Source: an uncultured Thermoplasmatales archaeon
GTDB lineage: Archaea > Thermoplasmatota > E2 > DHVEG-1
NCBI GenBank assembly: GCA_964578185.1
Contig: CAZOBL010000001.1
Coordinates: 721-64,720, forward strand
Length of the DNA: 64,000 nt
Direction: 5' to 3'
The notes beneath the pieces are model-generated. The model ran no database searches. It was not told the DNA's origin and saw only the letters and a list, made by a program, of their open reading frames with translations. How positions within the stretch are numbered: the first letter of the stretch is position 1; each line of letters opens with the position of its first letter. This document shows positions 40,197-50,517 of this stretch, one piece after another. The position numbers and the translations under genes are program-made.

Positions 40197-41591
40197 TTAT
40201 ATAGGGTTGTTTTGGTTATTATTCGCTGCGACAGTTATTGTGGCTGTGGTGCTTGTATCTGTAGTTTGACCGGTTTCGTCATCCTTGAGGGTTATGCTTG
40301 TTGTATATGTTCCTTCTTGTGAGTAGGTATGGGTATATTGCTCATATCCATTATCCTCATAGTCTGTTTGTGTTATTGTGGCTTCACCGACATTGAATAT
40401 AAATTCGTATTCACCGCTGCCTCCAAATGCCCAACCGCTAAATGAAACTGTTTCTCCTTCTTCAACAGTAATGGTTTGCCCAGGGTCAGGTATACAACTG
40501 GCTAAATAAGCAGGTTCAGGATTTGATTCATCTCCTCCGTCCTCGGGTGGAAGAGGATTTGAGTTGGATTCATCTGAACCTTCATCTTGATTATTTGAGT
40601 CATCATTTGTATTTTGCTGAGTTGTACCTGTATCTATTTGAGTTGTAGTTGCTGTCGTACCCGTCAGTTGTACTAAATTGTTTTTATCTCCGAAAATTCC
40701 GCATCCTGATAATATTGTTGGTTCTGCATCAAGCTCTAGTTCTACCATACCAGTTGCTGTCTTCTTGATTAAAGGTAAATTATTTGTTGAAATAATTCCC
40801 GGTTCAGTATTTGCTATTAGAAAGTTATGATATGGTTCTACTTCAATGTTATATGATTTTTGTTGATCAGAAATATGCTGTATTGAGTTTATTATATTTC
40901 CAAGGATGTTATCACCTATATCTAACTCTGATGCTTTAACATATGAATTATCTTGGAAAACAGGATGATTTGGTGTAATTTTTAAATTATCGTTAAATAT
41001 GAGATATCCCTCTTTCATTTCTTCTTCACTATGATGATAAGTATCTACTACTTCGCCGATGACAAGCTCCCCTGTATCAGGGTTATATGATATAACTAAA
41101 TCTCCAATTAATATGTCCTTTATTGATTTTAGAATTATCTCTAATGTCTGAGAGTCGACAACTAAAACTTTTGTATCTGATAAAAAACATGTTGCCTCTG
41201 AACTAGATGATGTTGATTTAGGGACTGTTAAAGATGAGGGGGGAGACCAGCCACTCTCAAGGCCTGTTACAGCATCTTTTGCTTTAGCTCTTACACTATA
41301 ATCTCCTTTCTCGTTATAGGTATGACAAAGGGTGCAGGAATTACCTGGTGTGTATTCACCTACCCAATCACTAGTAGTTCCATCACCCCAAGAAAACATA
41401 TAGAATAGATTGTTGCCTTCAGGATTTGTCGCCGAGGTGGTAAAACATGCACTTTCTCCTTCTTTAATTTGACTAGGGCCAGACGGAGCCGAAGGCGTGT
41501 TTGGAGGTTGTGGATCACTTAGAGCAATTACAGAAAATGTTAAACTTAAGGTTATTGCTACGATAAGTAGCATTGTTCTTGTTTTATTCAT
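40197..41591 (-). CDS. Secreted PKD – Hint (intein-like autoprocessing) – low-complexity stalk – PKD-like protein
   Basis: 464 aa with a signal peptide. The first PKD domain is FYMFSWGDGTT...GDYSVRAKAKD. Hint blocks are present: A (C135, CFLSDTKVLVVD), B (TYHH, a TxxH motif) and G (PYHN, with F following). A T/G/D/N/E-rich linker is followed by a C-terminal Ig/PKD-like domain. Confidence 0.75.
   Translation of the reverse strand: MNKTRTMLLIVAITLSLTFSVIALSDPQPPNTPSAPSGPSQIKEGESACFTTSATNPEGNNLFYMFSWGDGTTSDWVGEYTPGNSCTLCHTYNEKGDYSVRAKAKDAVTGLESGWSPPSSLTVPKSTSSSSEATCFLSDTKVLVVDSQTLEIILKSIKDILIGDLVISYNPDTGELVIGEVVDTYHHSEEEMKEGYLIFNDNLKITPNHPVFQDNSYVKASELDIGDNILGNIINSIQHISDQQKSYNIEVEPYHNFLIANTEPGIISTNNLPLIKKTATGMVELELDAEPTILSGCGIFGDKNNLVQLTGTTATTTQIDTGTTQQNTNDDSNNQDEGSDESNSNPLPPEDGGDESNPEPAYLASCIPDPGQTITVEEGETVSFSGWAFGGSGEYEFIFNVGEATITQTDYEDNGYEQYTHTYSQEGTYTTSITLKDDETGQTTDTSTTATITVAANNNQNNPI
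40824..41189 (-). other. Hint (Hedgehog/intein-like, BIL-type) domain within the 40197..41591 CDS
   Basis: A ~122-aa segment runs from Cys135 (EAT-CFLSDTKV) to His-Asn255-256 (EVEPYHN-F). TxxH (T184-H187) is ~50 aa after the Cys. There is no endonuclease insertion and the +1 residue is Phe, which is BIL-like rather than a splicing intein. Confidence 0.6.
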
Positions 41592-41746
41592 ATACTCATC
41601 ACCAATTTTTTTACAAATACAATTTTTATTTTTTTTATTATATTAGTCTTGTTGTACATGTTTTATTTATTTTGCTAAGATGCCCAGGATTTGTTTTATT
41701 GATTATACGAATCTGGAATTATAAAATTTCAGAGATTAACTTTTTT

Positions 41747-44700
41747 TTAATTTGCGTTTAAATCCCATAATTCAAATTCGTATAACTCAGCGGAACAACC
41801 GCCAAGGCATCCTTGTAGATTAAATCTAACTCTCACCTTTGAAACATCAACACTAGCTCCGAGATATGCTTCATCCCATTGTTCGTTGTTAAAAGATCTT
41901 AGACATACATCATTCCAGATGCCGTTGTAGTATGCATCAACTTCTATCCATCTTATGTATTCAGCTGAATATAGGGCATTAAATCTTACCTTGTTGGAGT
42001 ACACATCATTGTTAAATGTTAATTCAAGCCACCCGGTCCATTGCCAGTCCTCCCACCATGCTCTTAGGTTACTTTCTGCGCTAGTGGATGTGCTACCATC
42101 ATATGCATCTGATTCACGGTTCCAATCAATACTTGGGTCACTATTTCCATCTGGACTAACCCAGTCACCAGATGGAGGAGCATAAACATGAGGTAGTTGT
42201 ATGGACCCAGTTGTTGGTTCACGAGTTGTAAATTCTCCATCGCTGAATTCAAAGTAACATTCATAATCCCCTGGGTCAAGATATGTAGTATATTCATAGG
42301 TTACACCAGCTTGGTAATCAGGATTTGAGCCTACACGGTTCATATTATAGTAATTCCAAGTTGTATCACTTTGTTCTTTTATATATACCCGCCTCATTGT
42401 TGGTGGATCTCCATTTGAATCTGAATAAATAATATTATATGTGAACGGATCAGTCGATGGACCAGAGTTAGGGTTAATTGTTGGAGTTGTAAGTTCTGGA
42501 GCTTCATTTGGCGACTCCTGTATGACAACAGTTGCAGTAGTTACATCACTTTGAGAAAACGCAGTTTTGACTTGGAAACGTACTGTAACAGAGCTATGAA
42601 CTCCTACCAAATCAGAGTAGTCATGTGTCTTTATTTCTTGATAGTTTATCCAATGATTTGGCCAAGTTCCTGTATCCCAGTTTCCATCTCCATCCCAGTC
42701 AAACCTCATCTTTGTAAGTGGGAATATCATACCATCGCTATCTGATGTATCAAATGTTACAATCCAATTATTATTTTGATTTGCATAATATGTATCCTTA
42801 TCAAGTACAGCTACAGGCTTCCAAGGATATACCTGCAACCAATTAATCTGATTGAAGGTTAAATGGCCTGAGTTAAATGCAAATCTAATAAATCCGTTTG
42901 CGGTAATACTTCCACTCCAGCCAATTCCTTGTACATTACCAACAGGAGGAATTGTACCAACAAATGTTCCATGTACTACCCAGTCAGCGATAACAAGCTG
43001 ATTTAAATCTACATGTAAACCAATAGTACGGGGTTGACTTCCAATGATTGCATAACAATGACATACAACCTTCAAAGATACACTTTGTAGAAAGTCCTGA
43101 GCGTTTGTATCCAGGTTTACATGAAATGTGCCTAGGTCATTGTCGTCTTCTGCAGGATATACATGGTAATCAGCTGTAAAAACTCCTTCTGAGTTAAATG
43201 TAAGACCTGCATCAATTAAGGGTATGTCAGCGGATTTACCTGAGTCAATAAAATCTACTTCTAAATTATTTATTGTACCAGTTATCGATAAAGACTCTAT
43301 TGTGATCCAGCCTCTTCTAGCAAGTGTTTCTTCCTGTGGTGCTTGAACTAAAAATCTTCCACCACCAGGACCAACTGTTGATAGTTGAAGGTTTGCAGAA
43401 GACCATGTAGCAGTTACATCACCAAGAACGGGCAAGGGGCCACTATATAGGAAATTATTAATTGTAACAGATCCAGATCCCTCTACAATAATATCAATAT
43501 CATATGTCTCATATGATTGAACTTGTGACTCATATACTATCAAATCAACGGCTAAATTACCTGTTATCGTCATATCAGCTTTTATCTCGATTTCAACGGG
43601 GTCTTCTTCTCCGTTTCCACCTCCGCCGCCTCCACCGTTATCGCTGGAGCTTAAATCGATTGATATTTCGCCTACGCTAGCACCAAGATTTAATGATAAC
43701 AAAGGCACTTCCAGTTTTATTTCTCCACTATTTATTATAAGAGTTAACGTTGTGATATCTATATTAAGCTGCCCTGTTGCATCAATTGTAAGTATTTTAT
43801 CTACAAATTCAACAAAACCTGTTGTACCAGATAGAGTTATATCAAAATATGTACACTGGAATTGATGATAATCTGGAGATATAACTGAGTTTGAATATTT
43901 AATATCTGTGTTTTCAATTGTAAACGAGCCACCGGCACCATAAATATCAGCCCTAATACCATCGTTTTTGTCGAAATCTATTATTAATTGATCTGCATCT
44001 GCATTTAAAGATATAGAAAGTGAGGTTACATCAATTGAATGTTCACTATTATTTAGATCAATGTAACAATTTGAGGCAGATAAAGACAGCCCTGCTGATA
44101 CACCGCTATCACCATTTACAAACAGTTTATCATCTTTAAATTTGACATAACCAGTGTTTACATTTATTGAAAGACCAATTGAATAGGCATCTACTATAGT
44201 GACACCATTGTTTATATCCAAATAAAAGTTTGTTAGATCAACTTCAACAGATCCATCAAGTTCAAGTTCAAAATAGCTTAATGACAAGTCAGCCGGTGTT
44301 TTAATATAAACATGACCTGAGCCAGATATATCAATTGTGCTATCTAAATAGATATCCTTTGATGATAAATGGAAATTACAGTTGTCAAAAATTAAAGATG
44401 TTAAAGAAGCATCTATTTCGATATCCCCACCTGTTTTAAATGAACCATATCCTGATGCGGATAATTTAATTCTTGTGCCTGACGCAGTTACTGCTCCACC
44501 ATCAAGAATTATGTTAAATGAAGTAAGATCAATATATCCTGAACCTGTTAATCTTATCTCAAGTTCACTTCCAAAATTACTTTTTATGTATAGCTTACCC
44601 GATAATGACAGGTCTATGTTTCCGCTAAATGTTAGGCTGCTAGAGCTTGCATACAAGTATAAATTATCGACGTTGAATAGTGATAGTGTTGCATCTAATT

Positions 44701-47700
44701 CAAGGTATGAGCCTATGTATACTGTTCCGTAACCTGACAGTATTACTTGATCCCATTCAACTATTAAGGCACCATTTTGTATGTTTAAATCAAAGTAATC
44801 AATTTGAGCATAAGCATTTGCATTTACAGTTATTTCAATATAGCTTAAATCTGATGCAGAGTAAATTATTAGGTCACCGTTTAAGGTTAAATCAAATTTT
44901 GTACATGATAATGAGAATTCGTTTTCATTTATCTCTATGTAGAAATTATCAATTACTAAAGTTAGCCCCCCATCTACTTGAAGGTAAAAGTCCATACTTT
45001 GAGTTACTTTTATTGTCAAACCCACATCGCCTATGAAATTAAACTCTCCATTTAGCTCAATTGAGTTAAACAATACTGGAAACTCATTTATATCTATATC
45101 TAAAATTAGAGTATCAACAACAGCTTGATCTATCCCTGCATCAAATTCTATTATATCATCGGTAATTAAGAGGTTGCCACCTGAACCAGTTACACCTATC
45201 TCATTAGCTGAAATATCTACTCCATCTAGTTGAAATAAAAGAGTAGTTAAACTAAATTCAAATGTTCCATCACGTTGTAGATCTCCACCAAATTTGATAA
45301 AAGGACTATCTGATGTTAGATCCCAGTCGACCCAGAAGTATCCTTTAGAGCTGCTTATGATGTCAACAGTTAACATTCCTTGAAGAACGAAGGGTGTTGG
45401 TCCATAATCAAGGTTTACATCTATATCAACATTTAATGATGACTCATCAACTATAAGTGAAAAATTCCCACTTCTTCCTTCTCTAAACTCCATTCTACCA
45501 GCTATATAGCTTATTTGCATGTCAATACTATCTTCAAATGTAAAAATAAAATCATCGATGTAGAACTCGCCAGTTCCTTCTACTGTTATTGGTATTAAAT
45601 CCTCTCCACCTGAACTATAATTGATATAAACATAATCTGTAACAGATTCAAAATAGAAATGACCGTTTAAAAAACCAGATTTACCATTAATTGTAAAAGT
45701 AAAACTGTTAACGTTAATATCGATATATCCGCCAATTCTGATACTAACATTTTCTCCGTCAGAGGTTACATCAACGCCTTCTTGGCCGCCTCCACCAGAT
45801 CCGCCTTTTGTTTTAAGATCAACATATGATGTTGCAATATTTTCGGGGCTGTTAATGTCGGTTATGTTAATATCTCCACTCAAGTCAACACCATCCTGAT
45901 TAGGTGCATCTACTGTGAAATGGACGACTTCTGCACCACGATATGGTATAGTTCCTTCTGTTGAAGAGAAACTGTAGTACTGATTTGGATAATCGGTAAT
46001 ACTCCAGTTTAAAGAAGAATCTTTATTATTCCATATCCAAAGTGAAGAATCAATTGAGTCACCTGGTGCTATATCTGGTAGATATATGTCAGATGGTATG
46101 CTTGATAGACTTTGTCTAATTGTAAGGATAAAGGAATCGCCATCTTCACCAGGGCCTGCATAATCAATGTTATCCGCACCGACAAATATTCCTGAGTGTT
46201 CTTTATGATCAGCCGGTGGCAAAAATGATACATCAATTCTTTTTGTTTCTTGAGGATTTAAAAAACCAGTTTCAGGATCAAAATCGAAATCATATTCTTC
46301 TTGTACACCTGGAGGGTAAAATACCCCTGCCTCCCATTCAAGTATGTAGTCTTCATCATCTTTATTTAAAATTTCAAACCAAGTACGAAGCCTGCCATCA
46401 CTTTCGACATCCTCGTATGTAACTATTTTTGGTCCAGTTTTATTTATTGTTAGATATGTTATTTTCTGTATTAACTCGATATTCATATCATCATAAACGG
46501 GATCTATTGAAGGATCACTGGTTGTAACTGACACGGTTGGATTGTATGTTCCTAAAACATAGTTATGCTCTTTGATAATTCTTGTATCATCTGTTGTAAC
46601 CTCATAGGTGTCACCATCATCAAAATCAATGCTATATGTAAATGGGCTTAAATCTTCGTTTTCAAAACCTATGGGTGGTGCATACCATGCCTCAAATTGT
46701 AAAGTAGAATTATCAGATGGGGTATTATACGTTCCCCCTGTCAATTTTGGTCCAGTTGTAAGCAATACAACTTGACCTGTAGAGCTAAATGGTAGGATGG
46801 GCATCCAACCTGTTTCATTTGTTTTGATTTGTATTACAGCATTTAAATTGCCAGATATATTAATATCAATATTTGAAATGGTAATAGTACTATTCTCTTT
46901 TTGGATTGTTCCTGCAAATTTTAAAAGACCGTTTATTTCTCCAGCTAATCTTATGTCCGGTAACGGATAAGATTCACCTGTTAAAACATTTAATACCTCT
47001 TCAATAGATGTTGCAAGTACACCGCTTGCTTCTTTTCCATCAACTACTAAAGATATTCTGTTTTCTTCAGATATATGTAAATCAACCCATAAATCAACTG
47101 TTCCTTTTAAACGCAATAGCTCTTCACCTTCAAGCTCAATTTTTATATAACCTGAAGAATAGCCATAGAGATATAGTGAATAGTCACCAGCAGAAATTTC
47201 CCCGCCGCTGATTAGTGCGAAAACTAAATCTAAAAGGTTTTGTTGAACTATTATATCAAGTTTTCCTGGTTCAAATATTAAAGAAAAATCGTTGTCAACT
47301 GAACTAATACGTGTTTCTTCATAGATATCACCATATAAATATACCCATGATAATGATGTAAGATCTAGAAATCCTTCAATTTGGGCACTTCCCTCAATTT
47401 CAATATTTGAAGCTGGGATTTGCATACCCTGGAATATAAGGATAAAACTACCAATGGAAAAATAACTTTTTTGAATGCCAATAACAGGTTGACCTGTAAC
47501 CTGATTAAAACCAATGCTAATATAGCCATCACTTGCATCAGCTACAAAATCCCTTAGAAAGATCTGAAGTACACCCGGATAACCTATATATATTGAGTCT
47601 GCTTCAATTGTACTATCAGTTGTAAATGTTATTTGAACAGGTATATCTTCTGAAGTATCAACATTAAAAGTAATAGTGGTTGCACCATGTATGTACAATG

Positions 47701-50311
47701 CTTCTACATTAAGCTCAATTGGTAAAGATGGATCGGGGACTACAAACCATAAAGTGTTAATTACTATATCTGAATCATCATATACTGCACCATTTAGAAC
47801 AATTACATCATCGATATATGAAAAATCAATAAAACCTTCTCCAGTAAAAGTTACATCTAAATCAACTGCTACAGGCAAGGGACTAGAAAGCGAAGTTGAA
47901 ACACTCAAATCAGATATATTAATATTTGTCAATCCTACATTTGCTACTATTGATAGGTCATCATCTTCTATTCCAACTGTTACATTTAGCTCCCCAGTAA
48001 TCGAAAATTCATTGAATGATATATCAACAAGACTGTCACCATAACTAAAGACAAAATCTTTTAACTCGATTGAACCTGTTACACCTGCATTAAAGCTTCC
48101 ATTAAGATAATTGATACCTGATTCATTCCAGGCTATATCAAGACTTCCTGATGCGGAGCCATCTAAATCTATGCTTATACCTGCTTTTAAGGTTATGTCA
48201 AACAAATCTGTGATATTGATTTTTTCTATATCTAAATCAGCTGAATAAGTAAATTCGTCAATAAGCAATGATAGGCTACCTGATTTAGTAGCACCATCCG
48301 TGTGAATTGTAAATTGACCAAGCAGGTGCGGTATCGAAACATCTATTTTATCTTCAAAACAGAACTGCAAATCCTCAAGTTCTGCAACACCCATGCCATC
48401 AATTGAAAAACTAATATTGCCATCAATGGTCCTCCAAGATATGTTAAATGGTCTATTGATTACTTCAAATCTTATATTACCCATTATATGACCGACAGGA
48501 TCGCCATTTGTATTCTTGTAAACTGAGTTAAATGAAAACATTGCAAGGCTACCTGCATGAATTAGTACGTACCCCCAGTCATCATATACATGCCATTCAA
48601 GTGAAATATTTATTGAAAAGTTATACCATCGAGTAATTGTTCCAGATATATCAACGTCACTTCTATGAAACTCAAACTCATTATATTTTAAAGAAAAATC
48701 GGTGATTTGCACACCATGCTCAACAAAAAAACGGCAGCTACCAGATATATTGCCGTTATCCTGCTGTATTGAAAGACTTGTACTTATAGAGCCGGCTTTC
48801 TGTTTTACTAAACTATCAAAAGATATCTCAAAATCGCCACCGATAAGAGGTGAACTACCCATTATTTGAAGATCATCAATTTCTAGTGATTTACCAAAAA
48901 GCTCTACTTCTACAACACCTTCTTTGAGTTTATCAAACCAGATTTCAAATGAGTCATCAAAAGTGTTAGAAAGAGTAAAAGAACCAACTAGAGAACTAAT
49001 GTAGTCATCTAGTGTTTCATTAAACACCTGGATGTCAAAAGATACATCTAAATCGACATTGGTTCTATCAAAGATGATAAACCCTTGAGATAAATCCATT
49101 TCAAAAGATGCATCATAAGATTCAGAAGAAGTAACTTCCAGATAGCCGATACCATTTTCAGGATCGTTTATATCCGCATTAAAAGTAACATCTGGACCAT
49201 GTGTATATGCTCTTAAATCAAATTGACCTTGCAGAAGGTTTCTATTCCATTGGATACCCGCTTTTGTAGCAAAATTAGTAAAATAAAATTTATAAGTAGG
49301 ATTTTCAAAACTGTCACATATACCAAATTCATCAGCGGAATCACCATGTGAATCAAACTCAACAATACCAGATGAGCCCATATCTATTTTTAAGCTAATC
49401 TTTTCAGGCAAGTTTTTCACATAAGCATAAGTTGTATCTCCACCCTTTTTATGTGTTAATTCAAGGTTTACATTGGTATTTTCAGTTCTAACTCTTTCAA
49501 AGTTAAAAGACGCAAAGCCCTGTCTTCCAAATATTATTTCTGAATTAGCGGCTTTATTGTATTTTACTTTGAATGTATCCTTTGTAACTATACTGTTATC
49601 TTCAACATCCTCATAGGATAGTATGAGATTGAGTTTTTCATTTCCAACAGTGCTTTCATCTGGTTTTATGTTGATATGATGTTCAGGTTTTTCTCTAAGG
49701 AAAAGTAAATGTGGCACAAAACGATAGGTGACTGTACAATCCGCTGGAATTTTCTCACCCCCAGGCGATTCATAACCATAGCTTAATGTGTCTCCAGTGA
49801 TGTTTTTAACTAAAAAACCAGGAAACGCTATTTTTGTATATGCACTGAACTCTTTTTCATCATCGAGTTCTTCAAAACCTTCGAGTAGCTCAATAGATAC
49901 TCTAAAGTTTATAGCTAAAGCAAAAGGTTTTACAATTGATGGATACAAAAAAACCCTGGCTCTTATATCTTCCTGGTCATCACTGTTGATATCAATATAT
50001 GACCAGCTAAACATGTTCATTCCAACTGTTTTTTCTTCTCCATCGTATTTTATGTTAAAAGAAAGTGTGCTGCTTTGCCCTTGTGAAAGCGTTTTTACAA
50101 CACCAAAAAAACGATTATTTGAAAGGTCAATATTTTTTATTTTCTCAGTTACATTTCTTACTTTATCTTTAATATTAGAAATTTTTTCTTCCAGATTAGA
50201 TTCATCATTGTTTAAACTGATGTCTTTACCTAAAATATTTTCTCTAGGTTTATCTTTAAAGTTTATAGAACTTGCAGAGGTTACAAAAACACTACATATG
50301 AGTATAAGCAC
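41747..50311 (-). CDS. Giant secreted surface protein C (2854 aa); paralogue of D with the same N-terminal module and C-terminal PKD plus discoidin-like domain
   Basis: Single ORF with a GTG start at 50311 (rc gtgcttatactc). It is collinear with giant D over the N-terminal ~560 aa. There are ~94-aa tandem repeats (IDLSLSGKLYIK...IDISGSGHVYIK). Two Gly-rich hinges are present (GGSGGGGQ at ~45781-45815; GGGGGGGNGEE at ~43612-43660). The C-terminus reads AYDGSTSTSAES...CSAELYEFELWD. Confidence 0.8.
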   Translation of the reverse strand: MLILICSVFVTSASSINFKDKPRENILGKDISLNNDESNLEEKISNIKDKVRNVTEKIKNIDLSNNRFFGVVKTLSQGQSSTLSFNIKYDGEEKTVGMNMFSWSYIDINSDDQEDIRARVFLYPSIVKPFALAINFRVSIELLEGFEELDDEKEFSAYTKIAFPGFLVKNITGDTLSYGYESPGGEKIPADCTVTYRFVPHLLFLREKPEHHINIKPDESTVGNEKLNLILSYEDVEDNSIVTKDTFKVKYNKAANSEIIFGRQGFASFNFERVRTENTNVNLELTHKKGGDTTYAYVKNLPEKISLKIDMGSSGIVEFDSHGDSADEFGICDSFENPTYKFYFTNFATKAGIQWNRNLLQGQFDLRAYTHGPDVTFNADINDPENGIGYLEVTSSESYDASFEMDLSQGFIIFDRTNVDLDVSFDIQVFNETLDDYISSLVGSFTLSNTFDDSFEIWFDKLKEGVVEVELFGKSLEIDDLQIMGSSPLIGGDFEISFDSLVKQKAGSISTSLSIQQDNGNISGSCRFFVEHGVQITDFSLKYNEFEFHRSDVDISGTITRWYNFSINISLEWHVYDDWGYVLIHAGSLAMFSFNSVYKNTNGDPVGHIMGNIRFEVINRPFNISWRTIDGNISFSIDGMGVAELEDLQFCFEDKIDVSIPHLLGQFTIHTDGATKSGSLSLLIDEFTYSADLDIEKINITDLFDITLKAGISIDLDGSASGSLDIAWNESGINYLNGSFNAGVTGSIELKDFVFSYGDSLVDISFNEFSITGELNVTVGIEDDDLSIVANVGLTNINISDLSVSTSLSSPLPVAVDLDVTFTGEGFIDFSYIDDVIVLNGAVYDDSDIVINTLWFVVPDPSLPIELNVEALYIHGATTITFNVDTSEDIPVQITFTTDSTIEADSIYIGYPGVLQIFLRDFVADASDGYISIGFNQVTGQPVIGIQKSYFSIGSFILIFQGMQIPASNIEIEGSAQIEGFLDLTSLSWVYLYGDIYEETRISSVDNDFSLIFEPGKLDIIVQQNLLDLVFALISGGEISAGDYSLYLYGYSSGYIKIELEGEELLRLKGTVDLWVDLHISEENRISLVVDGKEASGVLATSIEEVLNVLTGESYPLPDIRLAGEINGLLKFAGTIQKENSTITISNIDINISGNLNAVIQIKTNETGWMPILPFSSTGQVVLLTTGPKLTGGTYNTPSDNSTLQFEAWYAPPIGFENEDLSPFTYSIDFDDGDTYEVTTDDTRIIKEHNYVLGTYNPTVSVTTSDPSIDPVYDDMNIELIQKITYLTINKTGPKIVTYEDVESDGRLRTWFEILNKDDEDYILEWEAGVFYPPGVQEEYDFDFDPETGFLNPQETKRIDVSFLPPADHKEHSGIFVGADNIDYAGPGEDGDSFILTIRQSLSSIPSDIYLPDIAPGDSIDSSLWIWNNKDSSLNWSITDYPNQYYSFSSTEGTIPYRGAEVVHFTVDAPNQDGVDLSGDINITDINSPENIATSYVDLKTKGGSGGGGQEGVDVTSDGENVSIRIGGYIDINVNSFTFTINGKSGFLNGHFYFESVTDYVYINYSSGGEDLIPITVEGTGEFYIDDFIFTFEDSIDMQISYIAGRMEFREGRSGNFSLIVDESSLNVDIDVNLDYGPTPFVLQGMLTVDIISSSKGYFWVDWDLTSDSPFIKFGGDLQRDGTFEFSLTTLLFQLDGVDISANEIGVTGSGGNLLITDDIIEFDAGIDQAVVDTLILDIDINEFPVLFNSIELNGEFNFIGDVGLTIKVTQSMDFYLQVDGGLTLVIDNFYIEINENEFSLSCTKFDLTLNGDLIIYSASDLSYIEITVNANAYAQIDYFDLNIQNGALIVEWDQVILSGYGTVYIGSYLELDATLSLFNVDNLYLYASSSSLTFSGNIDLSLSGKLYIKSNFGSELEIRLTGSGYIDLTSFNIILDGGAVTASGTRIKLSASGYGSFKTGGDIEIDASLTSLIFDNCNFHLSSKDIYLDSTIDISGSGHVYIKTPADLSLSYFELELDGSVEVDLTNFYLDINNGVTIVDAYSIGLSINVNTGYVKFKDDKLFVNGDSGVSAGLSLSASNCYIDLNNSEHSIDVTSLSISLNADADQLIIDFDKNDGIRADIYGAGGSFTIENTDIKYSNSVISPDYHQFQCTYFDITLSGTTGFVEFVDKILTIDATGQLNIDITTLTLIINSGEIKLEVPLLSLNLGASVGEISIDLSSSDNGGGGGGGNGEEDPVEIEIKADMTITGNLAVDLIVYESQVQSYETYDIDIIVEGSGSVTINNFLYSGPLPVLGDVTATWSSANLQLSTVGPGGGRFLVQAPQEETLARRGWITIESLSITGTINNLEVDFIDSGKSADIPLIDAGLTFNSEGVFTADYHVYPAEDDNDLGTFHVNLDTNAQDFLQSVSLKVVCHCYAIIGSQPRTIGLHVDLNQLVIADWVVHGTFVGTIPPVGNVQGIGWSGSITANGFIRFAFNSGHLTFNQINWLQVYPWKPVAVLDKDTYYANQNNNWIVTFDTSDSDGMIFPLTKMRFDWDGDGNWDTGTWPNHWINYQEIKTHDYSDLVGVHSSVTVRFQVKTAFSQSDVTTATVVIQESPNEAPELTTPTINPNSGPSTDPFTYNIIYSDSNGDPPTMRRVYIKEQSDTTWNYYNMNRVGSNPDYQAGVTYEYTTYLDPGDYECYFEFSDGEFTTREPTTGSIQLPHVYAPPSGDWVSPDGNSDPSIDWNRESDAYDGSTSTSAESNLRAWWEDWQWTGWLELTFNNDVYSNKVRFNALYSAEYIRWIEVDAYYNGIWNDVCLRSFNNEQWDEAYLGASVDVSKVRVRFNLQGCLGGCSAELYEFELWDLNAN

Positions 50312-50517
50312 TGAAAATATAGTTAATATCTTGTAGGTTTTTTTCGAAAAATTGCTATTTTTATAGCCTTTACTAAGAATTTTATTCGTATTGATTACCT
50401 CCCAAACAAGTATTATTTTAACAGATTTATAATATTATATAAATCTTTGTTATTTTTAGTATATATACTTTATTATATAAAAGTTGTCGAAATGAAATAA
50501 TAGGGCATGTAGAATTA

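Noticed and set aside
31990-42300. Diversity-generating retroelement targeting the C-terminal domains of the giant proteins
   Set aside because: This was considered because giant surface proteins in small-genome archaea are frequent DGR targets. No reverse-transcriptase ORF is present in the window, and I could not find a near-identical template/variable repeat pair with adenine-specific mismatches around the 3' ends (31990-32400, 41747-42200). A sequence search for a TR elsewhere in the genome would be needed to exclude it fully.
50312-50517. Upstream extension or missing ATG for giant C
   Set aside because: The frame is open upstream of the GTG at 50311 for ~35 codons without any ATG/GTG/TTG, so the GTG start stands. 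The GGAGG at ~50395 is too far upstream (~85 nt) to be its RBS.
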